Below the pieces are notes generated by a model. It had not been told where the DNA came from. It searched no databases and saw nothing but the letters and a program-made list of their open reading frames with translations. A DNA stretch of 64,000 nucleotides from Nitrospinales bacterium. Lineage in GTDB: Bacteria > Nitrospinota > Nitrospinia > Nitrospinales > VA-1. The stretch is taken from assembly GCA_965223795.1 (NCBI GenBank), contig CBDCXL010000001.1:128001-192000 (forward strand), in the 5' to 3' direction. Made by a program: the position numbers and the translations under genes. Below, piece after piece: positions 1-8,505 of this stretch (position 1 is the first letter of the stretch; the number at the start of each line of letters is the position of its first letter).

Positions 1-1
1 G

Positions 2-616
2 CTGAGGATCAAATTCACCTGGTGCATGGGCGGGATCACGTTTCTGTTGTTCCTGTCCACGGTCGTGACCGGCGTGATCCTGATGTTCTACTACCGTCCG
101 GTCGGGGAATACGCCTATTTCGATATGAAATACCTGCAGTACGATGTGCCGTTCGGGATGCTCATGCGCAACATGCACCGCTGGGCGGCGCACGCCATGG
201 TCATCACGGTGTGGCTGCACATGTTCCGGGTGTTTCTCACGGGGTCGTACAAGCCGCCGCGGGAATTCAACTGGGTCATCGGCGTGTTCCTGGTCACCTT
301 CACACTGCTTCTGAGTTTCACCGGCTACCTGCTGCCGTGGGACCAGCTGGCTATGTGGGCGGTCACCGTCGGAACCAACATGGCGCGCGCGACGCCGTTT
401 CTCGGTCATGAGGGACCGTTCCAGGAGTTTGTGTTCGGCGTTTCACCCCGCTACGACGCGCGATCGGTTCTGCTTGGAGGAAGCCTCGTCGGGCCTCCCG
501 CGCTGCTTCGGTTTTATGTGTTGCATTGCATATTCATCCCCCTGGTGGCGGGGGCTTTGATGATCGTGCATTTTTGGAGAATCCGTAAGGATGGCGGGAT
601 TTCCGGTCCGCTTTGA
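2..616 (+). CDS. petB: Cytochrome b N-terminal subunit (cytochrome b6-like) of a Rieske/cytochrome b complex; 5'-truncated by the window edge
   Basis: Frame is open from base 2 ([11 protein letters not shown]). Heme-ligand His pairs in NMHRW...WLHM and LHC...VHF (14 residues between the latter pair, b6-type); GYLLPWDQ motif; WCMGG matches the heme ci-binding Cys of b6. Confidence 0.93.
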   Translation: MRIKFTWCMGGITFLLFLSTVVTGVILMFYYRPVGEYAYFDMKYLQYDVPFGMLMRNMHRWAAHAMVITVWLHMFRVFLTGSYKPPREFNWVIGVFLVTFTLLLSFTGYLLPWDQLAMWAVTVGTNMARATPFLGHEGPFQEFVFGVSPRYDARSVLLGGSLVGPPALLRFYVLHCIFIPLVAGALMIVHFWRIRKDGGISGPL

Positions 617-651
617 TCCTGTTTCCCAGGTATTTTTGAAAGGTATCGACG

Positions 652-1410
652 ATGGCTCAAGCGTCTCCGCCCCGTAAAAAAGTTGAGGATATTCCAGAGA
701 AGGTCCACGTCTGGCCCTATCTGGTGCGGATCGAGTTCCTCTGTTCGATCATCGTCATCGTGTTGCTGGCGGTGTGGTCCATCGTCATCGATGCGCCGCT
801 GGAAGAGGCCGCCAACCCCACCAAAACCCCGAACCCCTCCAAGGCGCCTTGGTATTTTCTCGGTCTGCAGGATATTCTGGTCTATTTCGATCCCTGGTTC
901 GCGGGTGTCATCGCGCCTGTGCTGATCATCGTCGGATTGATGCTGATCCCCTACCTGGACGTGAATCCCAAGGGCAACGGCTATTACACCTACCACGAGC
1001 GCAAGGTCGCGATCTGGGTGTACTGTTTCGGGTTTCTGGTGCTTTGGATCGCTCTCATCATCATGGGCGTGTTCCTGCGCGGACCGGGCTGGAACCTGTT
1101 CATGCCCTGGCAGTACTGGGACCCGCATAAAGTGGTGGCGCTGGTCAGCGTGGATCTGCCCTATGCGTTCGGGGTGCGCACCTACCTCATGGCTTCCATC
1201 GTGGGCGGGGCGGTGGTGATCGGCTATTTTGTGGTCGGCACGGCGATTTATTTTTTCATGGAACGCAAGGCCATCAAAAGCGTCGGTTTCACGCGCATGT
1301 TCATCAAAATTCAGCTCATCCTGATCATGATCGGCATCGTCATCAAGATCGTATTGAGGCTGGCTTTTAATATCAAATACATATGGGTGACTCCCTGGTT
1401 CAATGTCTAG
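652..1410 (+). CDS. Cytochrome b C-terminal subunit (subunit IV/PetD-like) with extra C-terminal TM helices
   Basis: APLEEAANPTKTPNPSKAPWYFLGLQ (PEWY-equivalent APWY), several hydrophobic helices, directly after the b6-like gene. Confidence 0.88.
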   Translation: MAQASPPRKKVEDIPEKVHVWPYLVRIEFLCSIIVIVLLAVWSIVIDAPLEEAANPTKTPNPSKAPWYFLGLQDILVYFDPWFAGVIAPVLIIVGLMLIPYLDVNPKGNGYYTYHERKVAIWVYCFGFLVLWIALIIMGVFLRGPGWNLFMPWQYWDPHKVVALVSVDLPYAFGVRTYLMASIVGGAVVIGYFVVGTAIYFFMERKAIKSVGFTRMFIKIQLILIMIGIVIKIVLRLAFNIKYIWVTPWFNV

Positions 1411-1436
1411 CTGTGTCCCCTCCGAGGTGAAGTCCG

Positions 1437-4178
1437 TTGGATAATCCTGAAGAAAAAGAGCAATCGTCGAACAGCGATTACGTACCTGTCGAGAAAGTTT
1501 CTTTCAGTTTCGTGTTCTTTCTCGTTTCCGGCGCCACGCTTCTGGTGACGCTGTGGGCTTTCTGGGACGACGAATACGCCCGCCGCGGTTATAAAAAATA
1601 CCAGGAAGAGTATTTCAAGGTTCAGTACGCGCGCTCCGAGGCAAAGTGGAAGGAGATCAACGAAGAAATCGCCTCCAAGGAACAGGAGATCAAGAATGCT
1701 CTCGATCAGGAGCAGGGCCGACTGGAGGATTCGAAGGAATACCAGGATCTGGTCGAGAAGGTCCGCCTGGCCCAGGTCGCTTACGATGAGGTGAAGGAAG
1801 AGAAGAAGTTCACCGGCAGCCGGCTCGATGAGGCCTATTACTATTACAAAAAGGCGATGCACGAAGGTCAGAACTTCGATGTGCAGATCGCCAAAGTGAA
1901 ACAGCTGGAAGAGGAACAGAAATCCTGGGACCCGGTCATCGCGGAAAAGAAGGAAATCCTGGACGCCGCCGAGTCGGAACTGCTGGAGTGGAAATCCAAG
2001 CTGATCACCCTGGAGAAGGATCTGGCGAAACTGACGTCCAAGCGCGCGCAGGAAGAAAGGACGATGGAGTACTACAAGCCCTTTCCTTTCATCTGGCGGC
2101 CCGCCGAGATCAAACAGACCGTCATTCCGGGATTCGGCATCAACAATTTCTCCGAGATCATCTACAAGGTCGACCGGTGCATGACGTGTCATATCTCCTA
2201 TGGCGACGAGCATTATCAGGATTTCAAACAACCCCTGAAAACGCACCCCAACCTCGACATCCTGATTAAAAAGCATCCGCCGGATCAAACCGGCTGCACC
2301 TGGTGTCATCTGGGGCAGGGAACCGCCACCGCGCCGGCGGAACACGCGCACGGCTCCCACCATGAGATGGACCAGACGCGCGAAATCAACGAACCGATCC
2401 TGCACGGCGATTTCATGCAGGCCAACTGCAGAAACTGTCATGCGGAGGTGGTGAACCTCGATGGCGCGCCGGTATTGTCGAAAGGCAAGCAGTTGTTCAT
2501 CGAGCTGGGCTGTCACGGCTGCCACCTTGCGGAGGGCTACGCGAAGGAGAAAAAAGTCGGGCCGCGGCTGCTTCGCGTCGGCTCCAAGGTGAACCCGAGC
2601 TGGCTCTACCGCTGGGTGAAAAACCCGAAAGAATACCTGCCGGAAACCCGGATGCCGGATTTCGAGCTCAGCGACAAGGATGCGCTGGCGATCACCGCAT
2701 ACCTTCTGGCGGCGTCCGACAAGGACTATCAGGTTCCGCAGAAATTCAAGTCCGGCGATGCGGATAAAGGCAAGAAACTGTTCGAGAGTGTCGGCTGTCT
2801 GGCCTGCCACAAGCTCAAAGGCAAGGGTGAGGTGCACGGCCCGGATCTCAGCCGCATCGCCAGCAAAGTGGGGCCGGACTGGCTGGTGAGCTGGATCAGC
2901 AATCCGCGGCATTACAACGACCAGAGCCTCATGCCGGATCTGCGCCTTTCCGTCGATCAGGCGTCGCACATCGCCGCGTATCTGCTGCAGTTCGGCAAGC
3001 CCAAGCACATCGCCGGCATCGAGGAGCGCCTCTCGCATCCCAAAATCATCGCAAACGGCGAGAGGCTGGTGCGTCAGCGCGGCTGTTTTGCCTGCCACGA
3101 CATCAAGGGCATGGAAAGCGAAGGCCGCATCGCGCCGGAACTGTCCGCGTTCGGCAGAAAACTCATCAGCGAACTGGAATTCGGCGATGCGCATATCCCC
3201 CACACCTGGGAGTCCTGGGTGCGCACCAAGCTGGCGAAACCGACGGCGTTCCGCACCGAGCGGGTTCTGGACAAGATGCCGAACTTCCATCTCAAGCAGG
3301 ATGAGATCGACGCCCTGGTGGTGCTGCTCAAGGGATTCAACGGCACCAAGATTCCCACGAAATACCGCAAGGTTCTCAGTGAAAAAGAACAGACTCTGGA
3401 AACCGGCCGTCGTCTGATCGAACGGCTCAACTGCAAAGGCTGCCATCATGTGGAAGGGGAAGGCGGCCGTATCCAGAAGTACATCAAGGCCACCGCGCAG
3501 TATCCGCCGCCGCTGGAGCACGGCACCTACCATGTGGGCGAGCGGATCAAGGGTTCCTGGCTCTATTCGTTCCTGAAAGAGCCGACGCCGGTGCGCACGT
3601 GGCTCAAGGTGCGCATGCCCAGCTTCAACATGACCGACAAGGAGATCGAGGATCTCACGGCCTATTTCGAAGCGCTGGCGCCGCTCAAAGTCGAATACGA
3701 AGCCGGTGTTCACAAGGCAAAACAGAAAGAGTCGGTGCAGACCGGCGTGGGCATCGTCAACTACATGGACTGCGGCAAATGCCACGACGACGGCGCCAAG
3801 GGGATCGATTTCTCCATCGCTTCCGAACGGCTGAGGCAGGACTGGATCGGCAAATGGCTCAAGGACACTCAGGAGATGATTCCGTGGACGAAGATGCCGT
3901 CCCACTGGGACAAGGAAGGCGACAAATACGTCGTGAAGAGCAAATTCCGCAAGCTCAAGGAAGTGGGGGGCATCGACGAGCAGGTCGAGAAGATCACGGA
4001 TTTCATCGTCGCCTACAACTACGCCGATGTGGATTTCTCCCTGGTGCTGGGGGAAGAACCTTCCGCCGATGAAGGGGAAGAGAGTGAAGAAGCCGCCGCC
4101 GAAGAAGAGGCCGAGGAAGAAGGCGAAGACGAGGAAGAAGAATCCGAAGACGAAGGGGACGACGCATTTTTTGAGTGA
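1437..4178 (+). CDS. Membrane-anchored octaheme cytochrome c with coiled-coil stalk and acidic tail
   Basis: Eight CxxCH motifs (CMTCH, CTWCH, CRNCH, CHGCH, CLACH, CFACH, CKGCH, CGKCH), N-terminal TM helix, E/K-rich helical region, repeated MP distal-ligand motifs; TTG start with GAGGTG upstream. Confidence 0.92.
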   Translation: MDNPEEKEQSSNSDYVPVEKVSFSFVFFLVSGATLLVTLWAFWDDEYARRGYKKYQEEYFKVQYARSEAKWKEINEEIASKEQEIKNALDQEQGRLEDSKEYQDLVEKVRLAQVAYDEVKEEKKFTGSRLDEAYYYYKKAMHEGQNFDVQIAKVKQLEEEQKSWDPVIAEKKEILDAAESELLEWKSKLITLEKDLAKLTSKRAQEERTMEYYKPFPFIWRPAEIKQTVIPGFGINNFSEIIYKVDRCMTCHISYGDEHYQDFKQPLKTHPNLDILIKKHPPDQTGCTWCHLGQGTATAPAEHAHGSHHEMDQTREINEPILHGDFMQANCRNCHAEVVNLDGAPVLSKGKQLFIELGCHGCHLAEGYAKEKKVGPRLLRVGSKVNPSWLYRWVKNPKEYLPETRMPDFELSDKDALAITAYLLAASDKDYQVPQKFKSGDADKGKKLFESVGCLACHKLKGKGEVHGPDLSRIASKVGPDWLVSWISNPRHYNDQSLMPDLRLSVDQASHIAAYLLQFGKPKHIAGIEERLSHPKIIANGERLVRQRGCFACHDIKGMESEGRIAPELSAFGRKLISELEFGDAHIPHTWESWVRTKLAKPTAFRTERVLDKMPNFHLKQDEIDALVVLLKGFNGTKIPTKYRKVLSEKEQTLETGRRLIERLNCKGCHHVEGEGGRIQKYIKATAQYPPPLEHGTYHVGERIKGSWLYSFLKEPTPVRTWLKVRMPSFNMTDKEIEDLTAYFEALAPLKVEYEAGVHKAKQKESVQTGVGIVNYMDCGKCHDDGAKGIDFSIASERLRQDWIGKWLKDTQEMIPWTKMPSHWDKEGDKYVVKSKFRKLKEVGGIDEQVEKITDFIVAYNYADVDFSLVLGEEPSADEGEESEEAAAEEEAEEEGEDEEEESEDEGDDAFFE

Positions 4179-4334
4179 CACCCCGCCTAGCCGGAACAGG
4201 CTTGCCGGCCCGGTGACGGGAACTTGATTTTATGTCATTCCGGGCGTTTGGGGGCGCGGCGGAAACAGCGTTGCGCCGGACCCGGTTTTCGTAGTATTGT
4301 TTAATCATATGTACAACTTTTCACACGATGGATC

Positions 4335-4517
4335 ATGGACAACACAGGACTTGAAAATTTTCTACTGATCGCCACCAAACCCGATAACATCCCTATCGGG
4401 ACCATGCTTATCTTTGTCGGTTGGGTATTCTGGATCGCGGTAAAGCAAATGATCGTGCACGACAAGCACATCAAGGCGAATCAAAAAGAGAAAATCTGGG
4501 ATGAAATGATCAAATAA
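4335..4517 (+). CDS. 60-aa single-TM protein with PDNIPI motif, probable small bc-complex subunit
   Basis: Clean ORF, one hydrophobic helix after KPDNIPIG, stop abuts the next start (TAAGTG). Confidence 0.7.
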   Translation: MDNTGLENFLLIATKPDNIPIGTMLIFVGWVFWIAVKQMIVHDKHIKANQKEKIWDEMIK

Positions 4518-5012
4518 GTGAGCCTATTCATCATCTCATTTGTGGCTTTCGTCGTCGGCGTCATTTTGATCGCCTTCCTGAAAACCACATCCCCGCCGCC
4601 GCCGCAGGAACAGGTTCATTTCGACAATCCCGAAGACAAGCCCAGGTATCTGGTCGAGCCCGAAGCCTTCAAGGAAAAGTGCCTGGAGTTTCTCAAAAAA
4701 TTCAACCTGGAATACAAGCATTCCGTCTGGGCCAACGACAGGGAGCTGGAGATCATCATGAACGATGAGACTCCCGTTGTCGGCGGCACCTACCTGGCCC
4801 TCTGCATCATCAATCCTCACAACAACACCGTTGACAGCATCAAAGTGAAAGGGTTTCTCGATACCGTCAAAGGCGAAGGCGCGTCGCGCGGGATCTTCAT
4901 CACCACGGGATACTTTTCCGACGAGGCTTTGCGGACGATCGACGAGGAGCCGGTGGAGCTGGTCAACATCGTTGCGTTCCTTTCCTACCTGAAAAAATTC
5001 GGCATTTATTGA
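4518..5012 (+). CDS. Membrane-anchored Mrr-type (Mrr_cat) restriction-endonuclease-fold protein, probably catalytically degenerate
   Basis: N-terminal TM helix; C-terminal VKGFLDTVKGEGASRGIFITTGYFSDEA...VELVN resembles Mrr_cat; the expected D...QxK positions read E...LCI. Confidence 0.7.
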   Translation: MSLFIISFVAFVVGVILIAFLKTTSPPPPQEQVHFDNPEDKPRYLVEPEAFKEKCLEFLKKFNLEYKHSVWANDRELEIIMNDETPVVGGTYLALCIINPHNNTVDSIKVKGFLDTVKGEGASRGIFITTGYFSDEALRTIDEEPVELVNIVAFLSYLKKFGIY

Positions 5013-5250
5013 GTGTCATCGGGGTCTGCCTGGAGGACCGCTTTGTCCCCAGCTTGCGGGCCGTTATGAAAACCTTTGAAAATCGGCCATTTCGCCGCGG
5101 TTTGGCACAGGATAAGCCCGCAGATGGACTGTGTGGGGTGCGCGTTTGCCTTGCCTGCGCGATCCGGCCTGTGACCGGGCCGGGTATAGGCAGGAAAAGA
5201 AGGGGAACTATCCAATTTTCAAGGAACTATTCCTGTGTTACCATAAATTA

Positions 5251-6123
5251 ATGAAAATTTGCGATATCCTAGGCAAGGACAGCCCGACGTTTTCCTTTGA
5301 GTTTTTCCCTCCCAAGAAGGAGGAGGGGTTTGCGCAGCTGTTCGAGACGATCGGCAACCTGAGAAAGTGGAATCCGGGTTATGTTTCCGTCACTTACGGG
5401 GCAGGGGGCAGCACCCGCAGCAAGACCATCGACCTGGTCGGCCGGATCAAAAAGGACCACGGGCTGGAGAGCATGGCGCATTTGACCTGCGTCGGCCACA
5501 ACGCGGACGAAATCCGCGGCATCCTGGACCAGCTTCAGGAAAAGGGGATCGACAATGTGCTGGCGCTGCGCGGCGACCCGCCTGCCGGAGCGGAGCGGTT
5601 CGTGAAGCCGGAAAACGGCTTCGGCTACGGCAGCGAACTGGTGGGGTACATCCGCAAACATTACGGGTTCTGTCTGGGCGTGGCGGGATATCCGGAGGGA
5701 CACGTCGAGTGCCCGGATAAGGGGCGGGACCTGGAAAACCTCAAGCGCAAGGTCGATGCCGGGGCGGATTTCGTGGTCACCCAGCTTTTTTTCGACAACC
5801 GGTATTATTTCGAATTCGTGGAGCGGGCCCGGAAAATCGGCATTACAATTCCGATCATTCCCGGTATCATGCCGGTGATCAACGCGAACCAGACCAAAAA
5901 GTTCACGAAGATGTGCGGGGCGACGCTGCCGGAGGGGTTGCTCGCGCGCATGGAGCCGGTTCAGGATGACAACCAGGCGGTGAGCGACATCGGCATCGAG
6001 CATGCGACGCGTCAGTGTGAGGATCTTTTGAAGAACGGGGCGCCCGGCATTCATTTTTACACGCTCAACCGGTCCAAGGCCACCCTGGCGATCCTTGAAA
6101 ACTTAAAGCTGCGGGTGGTATGA
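5251..6123 (+). CDS. metF: 5,10-methylenetetrahydrofolate reductase
   Basis: FSFEFFPPK, SVTYGAGGS, AHLTC, LALRGDPP, AGYPEGH, TQLFFD, GIHFYTLN; start placed at ATG 5251. Confidence 0.97.
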   Translation: MKICDILGKDSPTFSFEFFPPKKEEGFAQLFETIGNLRKWNPGYVSVTYGAGGSTRSKTIDLVGRIKKDHGLESMAHLTCVGHNADEIRGILDQLQEKGIDNVLALRGDPPAGAERFVKPENGFGYGSELVGYIRKHYGFCLGVAGYPEGHVECPDKGRDLENLKRKVDAGADFVVTQLFFDNRYYFEFVERARKIGITIPIIPGIMPVINANQTKKFTKMCGATLPEGLLARMEPVQDDNQAVSDIGIEHATRQCEDLLKNGAPGIHFYTLNRSKATLAILENLKLRVV

Positions 6124-6166
6124 ACCCCGTGGGACTTTTTCTTCAATCCAGCTGATCACTGAATCC

Positions 6167-6931
6167 GTGCCGTCATTCATCTCAGTTCTGTTGGCCGTGT
6201 GCGTGCTGTTGCATCCACGGGCCGCCCTCCCGGAAGAAGGGAGCCTCAACGATGTCACCGCCGATATGGTGCTCATCCCCGCGGGGACGTTCAAACGCGG
6301 CTGCGACCGTTTCGGCCAGCAGCACGGGGCGCCCGCGCACCTGGTCTACCTCGATGCGTTCATGATCGACAAGTTCGAGGTCACCAATCAAAGCTACGAA
6401 GAAGTGGTGCCGGAACACCGGCTGAGACGGAGCCAGTTCTCCCATTGCGATCTGTGCCCGGTCACCAAGGTGAGCTGGTACGAGGCCGCGGACTACTGCC
6501 ACCTGGTGGGAAAATCCCTGCCCAGCGAAGCGCAATGGGAAAAAGCGGCGAGCAACGGCAACGGCTGTGAATTCCCCTGGGGGCCTAAATTCGATCCGGA
6601 GAAAAATCAGGCGCGCGGCGGCGTCAAATTACGGGACCATGCCCGGCCGGTGGGCAGCTACCCCCCCAACGACAAGGGGCTTTATGACGTGGCGGGCAAC
6701 GCCTGGGAATGGGTCAGCGACTGGTTTTCCATCCGCTATTATTTTCATGAGATCATGTACAATCCCCGTGGGCCGCGCCACGGGATCATGAAGGTGCGCC
6801 GGGGAGGGGCCTGGTCGGACAGCGTCATCGCCATGGCCACCGGCTACCGCGACTGGAGCTACCCGTTTTCGCGCGGATTCAACGACATCGGGTTCCGCTG
6901 CGCCATCAACCTGAGAAAAAATTCCGAATGA
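6167..6931 (+). CDS. Secreted formylglycine-generating-enzyme-fold (FGE-sulfatase/SUMF1) protein
   Basis: Signal peptide, FEVTN, LPSEAQWEKAA, GLYDVAGNAWEW, RGGAW, GFRC. Confidence 0.9.
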   Translation: MPSFISVLLAVCVLLHPRAALPEEGSLNDVTADMVLIPAGTFKRGCDRFGQQHGAPAHLVYLDAFMIDKFEVTNQSYEEVVPEHRLRRSQFSHCDLCPVTKVSWYEAADYCHLVGKSLPSEAQWEKAASNGNGCEFPWGPKFDPEKNQARGGVKLRDHARPVGSYPPNDKGLYDVAGNAWEWVSDWFSIRYYFHEIMYNPRGPRHGIMKVRRGGAWSDSVIAMATGYRDWSYPFSRGFNDIGFRCAINLRKNSE

Positions 6932-6932
6932 C

Positions 6933-7667
6933 ATGGTGTATGCTGCAAAAAAGGAATACATCGACAGGCTGATCGACGAGTGCCTGTCCGAAGACGGCGA
7001 TTCGCTGGAGCTCAACGGCAAGTTCATCGGCGATGAAGGCGTGGAGGCGCTGGTTGAGTCGGAAAAGCTCAAAACCGTGCAGAACCTCGACCTGACGCGC
7101 AATTCCCTGACTCACAAGAGCGCGCCGCACATCGCCGGCTGCCCGCATCTGAAAAAACTCAAACGCCTCTACATCGGCGAGAACACGTTCTCCGACAAGG
7201 GGATCCGGCAGATCGTCGAAGCGCCGTTCACCGAGAACCTGGCCCAGTTCGACGTCCGGTTCACCGACATGGGCAAACCGGGCGGCATGGCGATCGCCCA
7301 ATCGGAGCGCTTCCAGCGGCTTCAGGTGCTGATCCTGCAGGAAAATCCGGTGGGCGACGAGACCCTCATCACCATCGCCAAATCGCCCACCTTCGCGAAC
7401 CTGAGAAAACTCAATTTCTACCGCACGGACATTTCGGTGAAGGGCATCAAGATCCTGGCGAAGTCCAAGGTGCTCAAGCGTCTCAAATACCTGAATCTGG
7501 CCCGCAACTACCTCTACCAGGACGCGGCCCGGGCACTGGCGGACACGAAAACACTCACCAACATCGAAACCCTGCTGATGTTCGACACCGGCATCGGCGA
7601 CGCCGGCGTGCAGGCCATCATGACGTCCCCGTCGTTCAGCAAACTCAAAACATTTCGTGTTACCTGA
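6933..7667 (+). CDS. Leucine-rich repeat protein (RI/GALA-like)
   Basis: ~28-aa LxxLxLxxNxIxDxG repeats. Confidence 0.9.
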   Translation: MVYAAKKEYIDRLIDECLSEDGDSLELNGKFIGDEGVEALVESEKLKTVQNLDLTRNSLTHKSAPHIAGCPHLKKLKRLYIGENTFSDKGIRQIVEAPFTENLAQFDVRFTDMGKPGGMAIAQSERFQRLQVLILQENPVGDETLITIAKSPTFANLRKLNFYRTDISVKGIKILAKSKVLKRLKYLNLARNYLYQDAARALADTKTLTNIETLLMFDTGIGDAGVQAIMTSPSFSKLKTFRVT

Positions 7668-7747
7668 ACATCATCGCCCGACAATTCGAAAACATTTCGC
7701 GTGACCTGAACATCATCGCCCGACAATTCGAAAACGTTTCGCGTGAC
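7647..7747. repeat. 42-bp direct tandem repeat (~2.4 copies) spanning the LRR gene stop codon
   Basis: Unit AAAACATTTCGYGTKACCTGAACATCATCGCCCGACAATTCG at 7647 and 7689, partial copy at 7731. Confidence 0.95.
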
Positions 7748-8039
7748 AGGTGCGTCCCCCCGCCCGCGGTTTCATGCCGTTTTGGTTTTCCGGTGGAAAA
7801 ATTTTCCTCAAACGCCATTCCTATATCCGCCTTTCCGGCGGGGCCACAAAAGCGCTGTTTTTCCCCATTGCGTGCTGCGGGAACGCCGGAGCCGCGAATA
7901 TGCCCTTTCCGAAACGCGCGGAAGGGCCCACTTTAGCCGTTGAATCCGGGGTTTCAATGCTTCTACAATATCAGGGAATCAAAACACAACGGATTGCGGT
8001 GGGGGTCGATTCGGAGGGTAACTCAATCAAGAGGTGGTC

Positions 8040-8423
8040 ATGAAATATCTACTGTATATCCTGATTTTGATGGTTGCGTCGGTCACGCCGGCTTTCGCCG
8101 ACGGCGAATTCCCGGAAGAAGCGGACGCCATCCCGCAGGAATTCAAGATCGATGAAAAGCTGTATGCGGAAAGCATCGGCAACGACGGCTATTACCAGGG
8201 CGGGTTCTACGCGGAAGAGAAAAACAATCTGGGCGCGATCTACTACAGCAGCACCGTGCGGGCCCGGGACTTCGGCTTCGTGCCCGGCATCGTGGTGCTC
8301 AACCGCCAGGTCGTTCCTCTCAATTTCATCACTCCCATTATCCGGCCGTTCGGGCTGGGATCGGGCTTCATTTCCAGTTCATTCGGTTTCCGTTTCGGCG
8401 GCCTGCGCTTTCACCACAGGTAG
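8040..8423 (+). CDS. Hypothetical secreted protein
   Basis: GAGGTGG RBS, signal peptide ending PAFA, acidic N-half and Gly/Phe-rich basic C-terminus. Confidence 0.7.
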   Translation: MKYLLYILILMVASVTPAFADGEFPEEADAIPQEFKIDEKLYAESIGNDGYYQGGFYAEEKNNLGAIYYSSTVRARDFGFVPGIVVLNRQVVPLNFITPIIRPFGLGSGFISSSFGFRFGGLRFHHR

Positions 8424-8437
8424 AAACTTCCTGAAAC

Positions 8438-8479
8438 AAAAAAAACGGCAGAGAGACGAATCGTCTCCCTGCCGCTTTT
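8438..8479. terminator. Bidirectional intrinsic terminator
   Basis: A-tract, CGGCAG..GAGACGA/TCGTCTC..CTGCCG hairpin, T-tract, between convergent genes. Confidence 0.8.
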
Positions 8480-8505
8480 GCAATCAGAGGTGAAGCAAAC
8501 AGTCC

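Noticed and set aside
1407..4181. 924-aa antisense ORF, and similar long shadow ORFs (8530-9771, 13792-15465, 30134-31708, 40509-42461)
   Set aside because: Mirror frames of well-supported genes in high-GC DNA, with no recognisable motifs.
5103..5117. Sigma54-like TGGCAC-N7-GC upstream of metF (also TGGCAC at ~11343 on the minus strand and at 37665)
   Set aside because: The -12 element is AAGC rather than TTGC, and the other two sites have the wrong spacing.
5013..5250. SAM/SAH riboswitch in the metF leader
   Set aside because: No recognisable aptamer core by eye; an Rfam/Infernal scan would be needed.
7647..7747. Possible mini-CRISPR array
   Set aside because: The 'spacers' are identical, it overlaps a coding end, and there are no cas genes; it is a plain tandem repeat.
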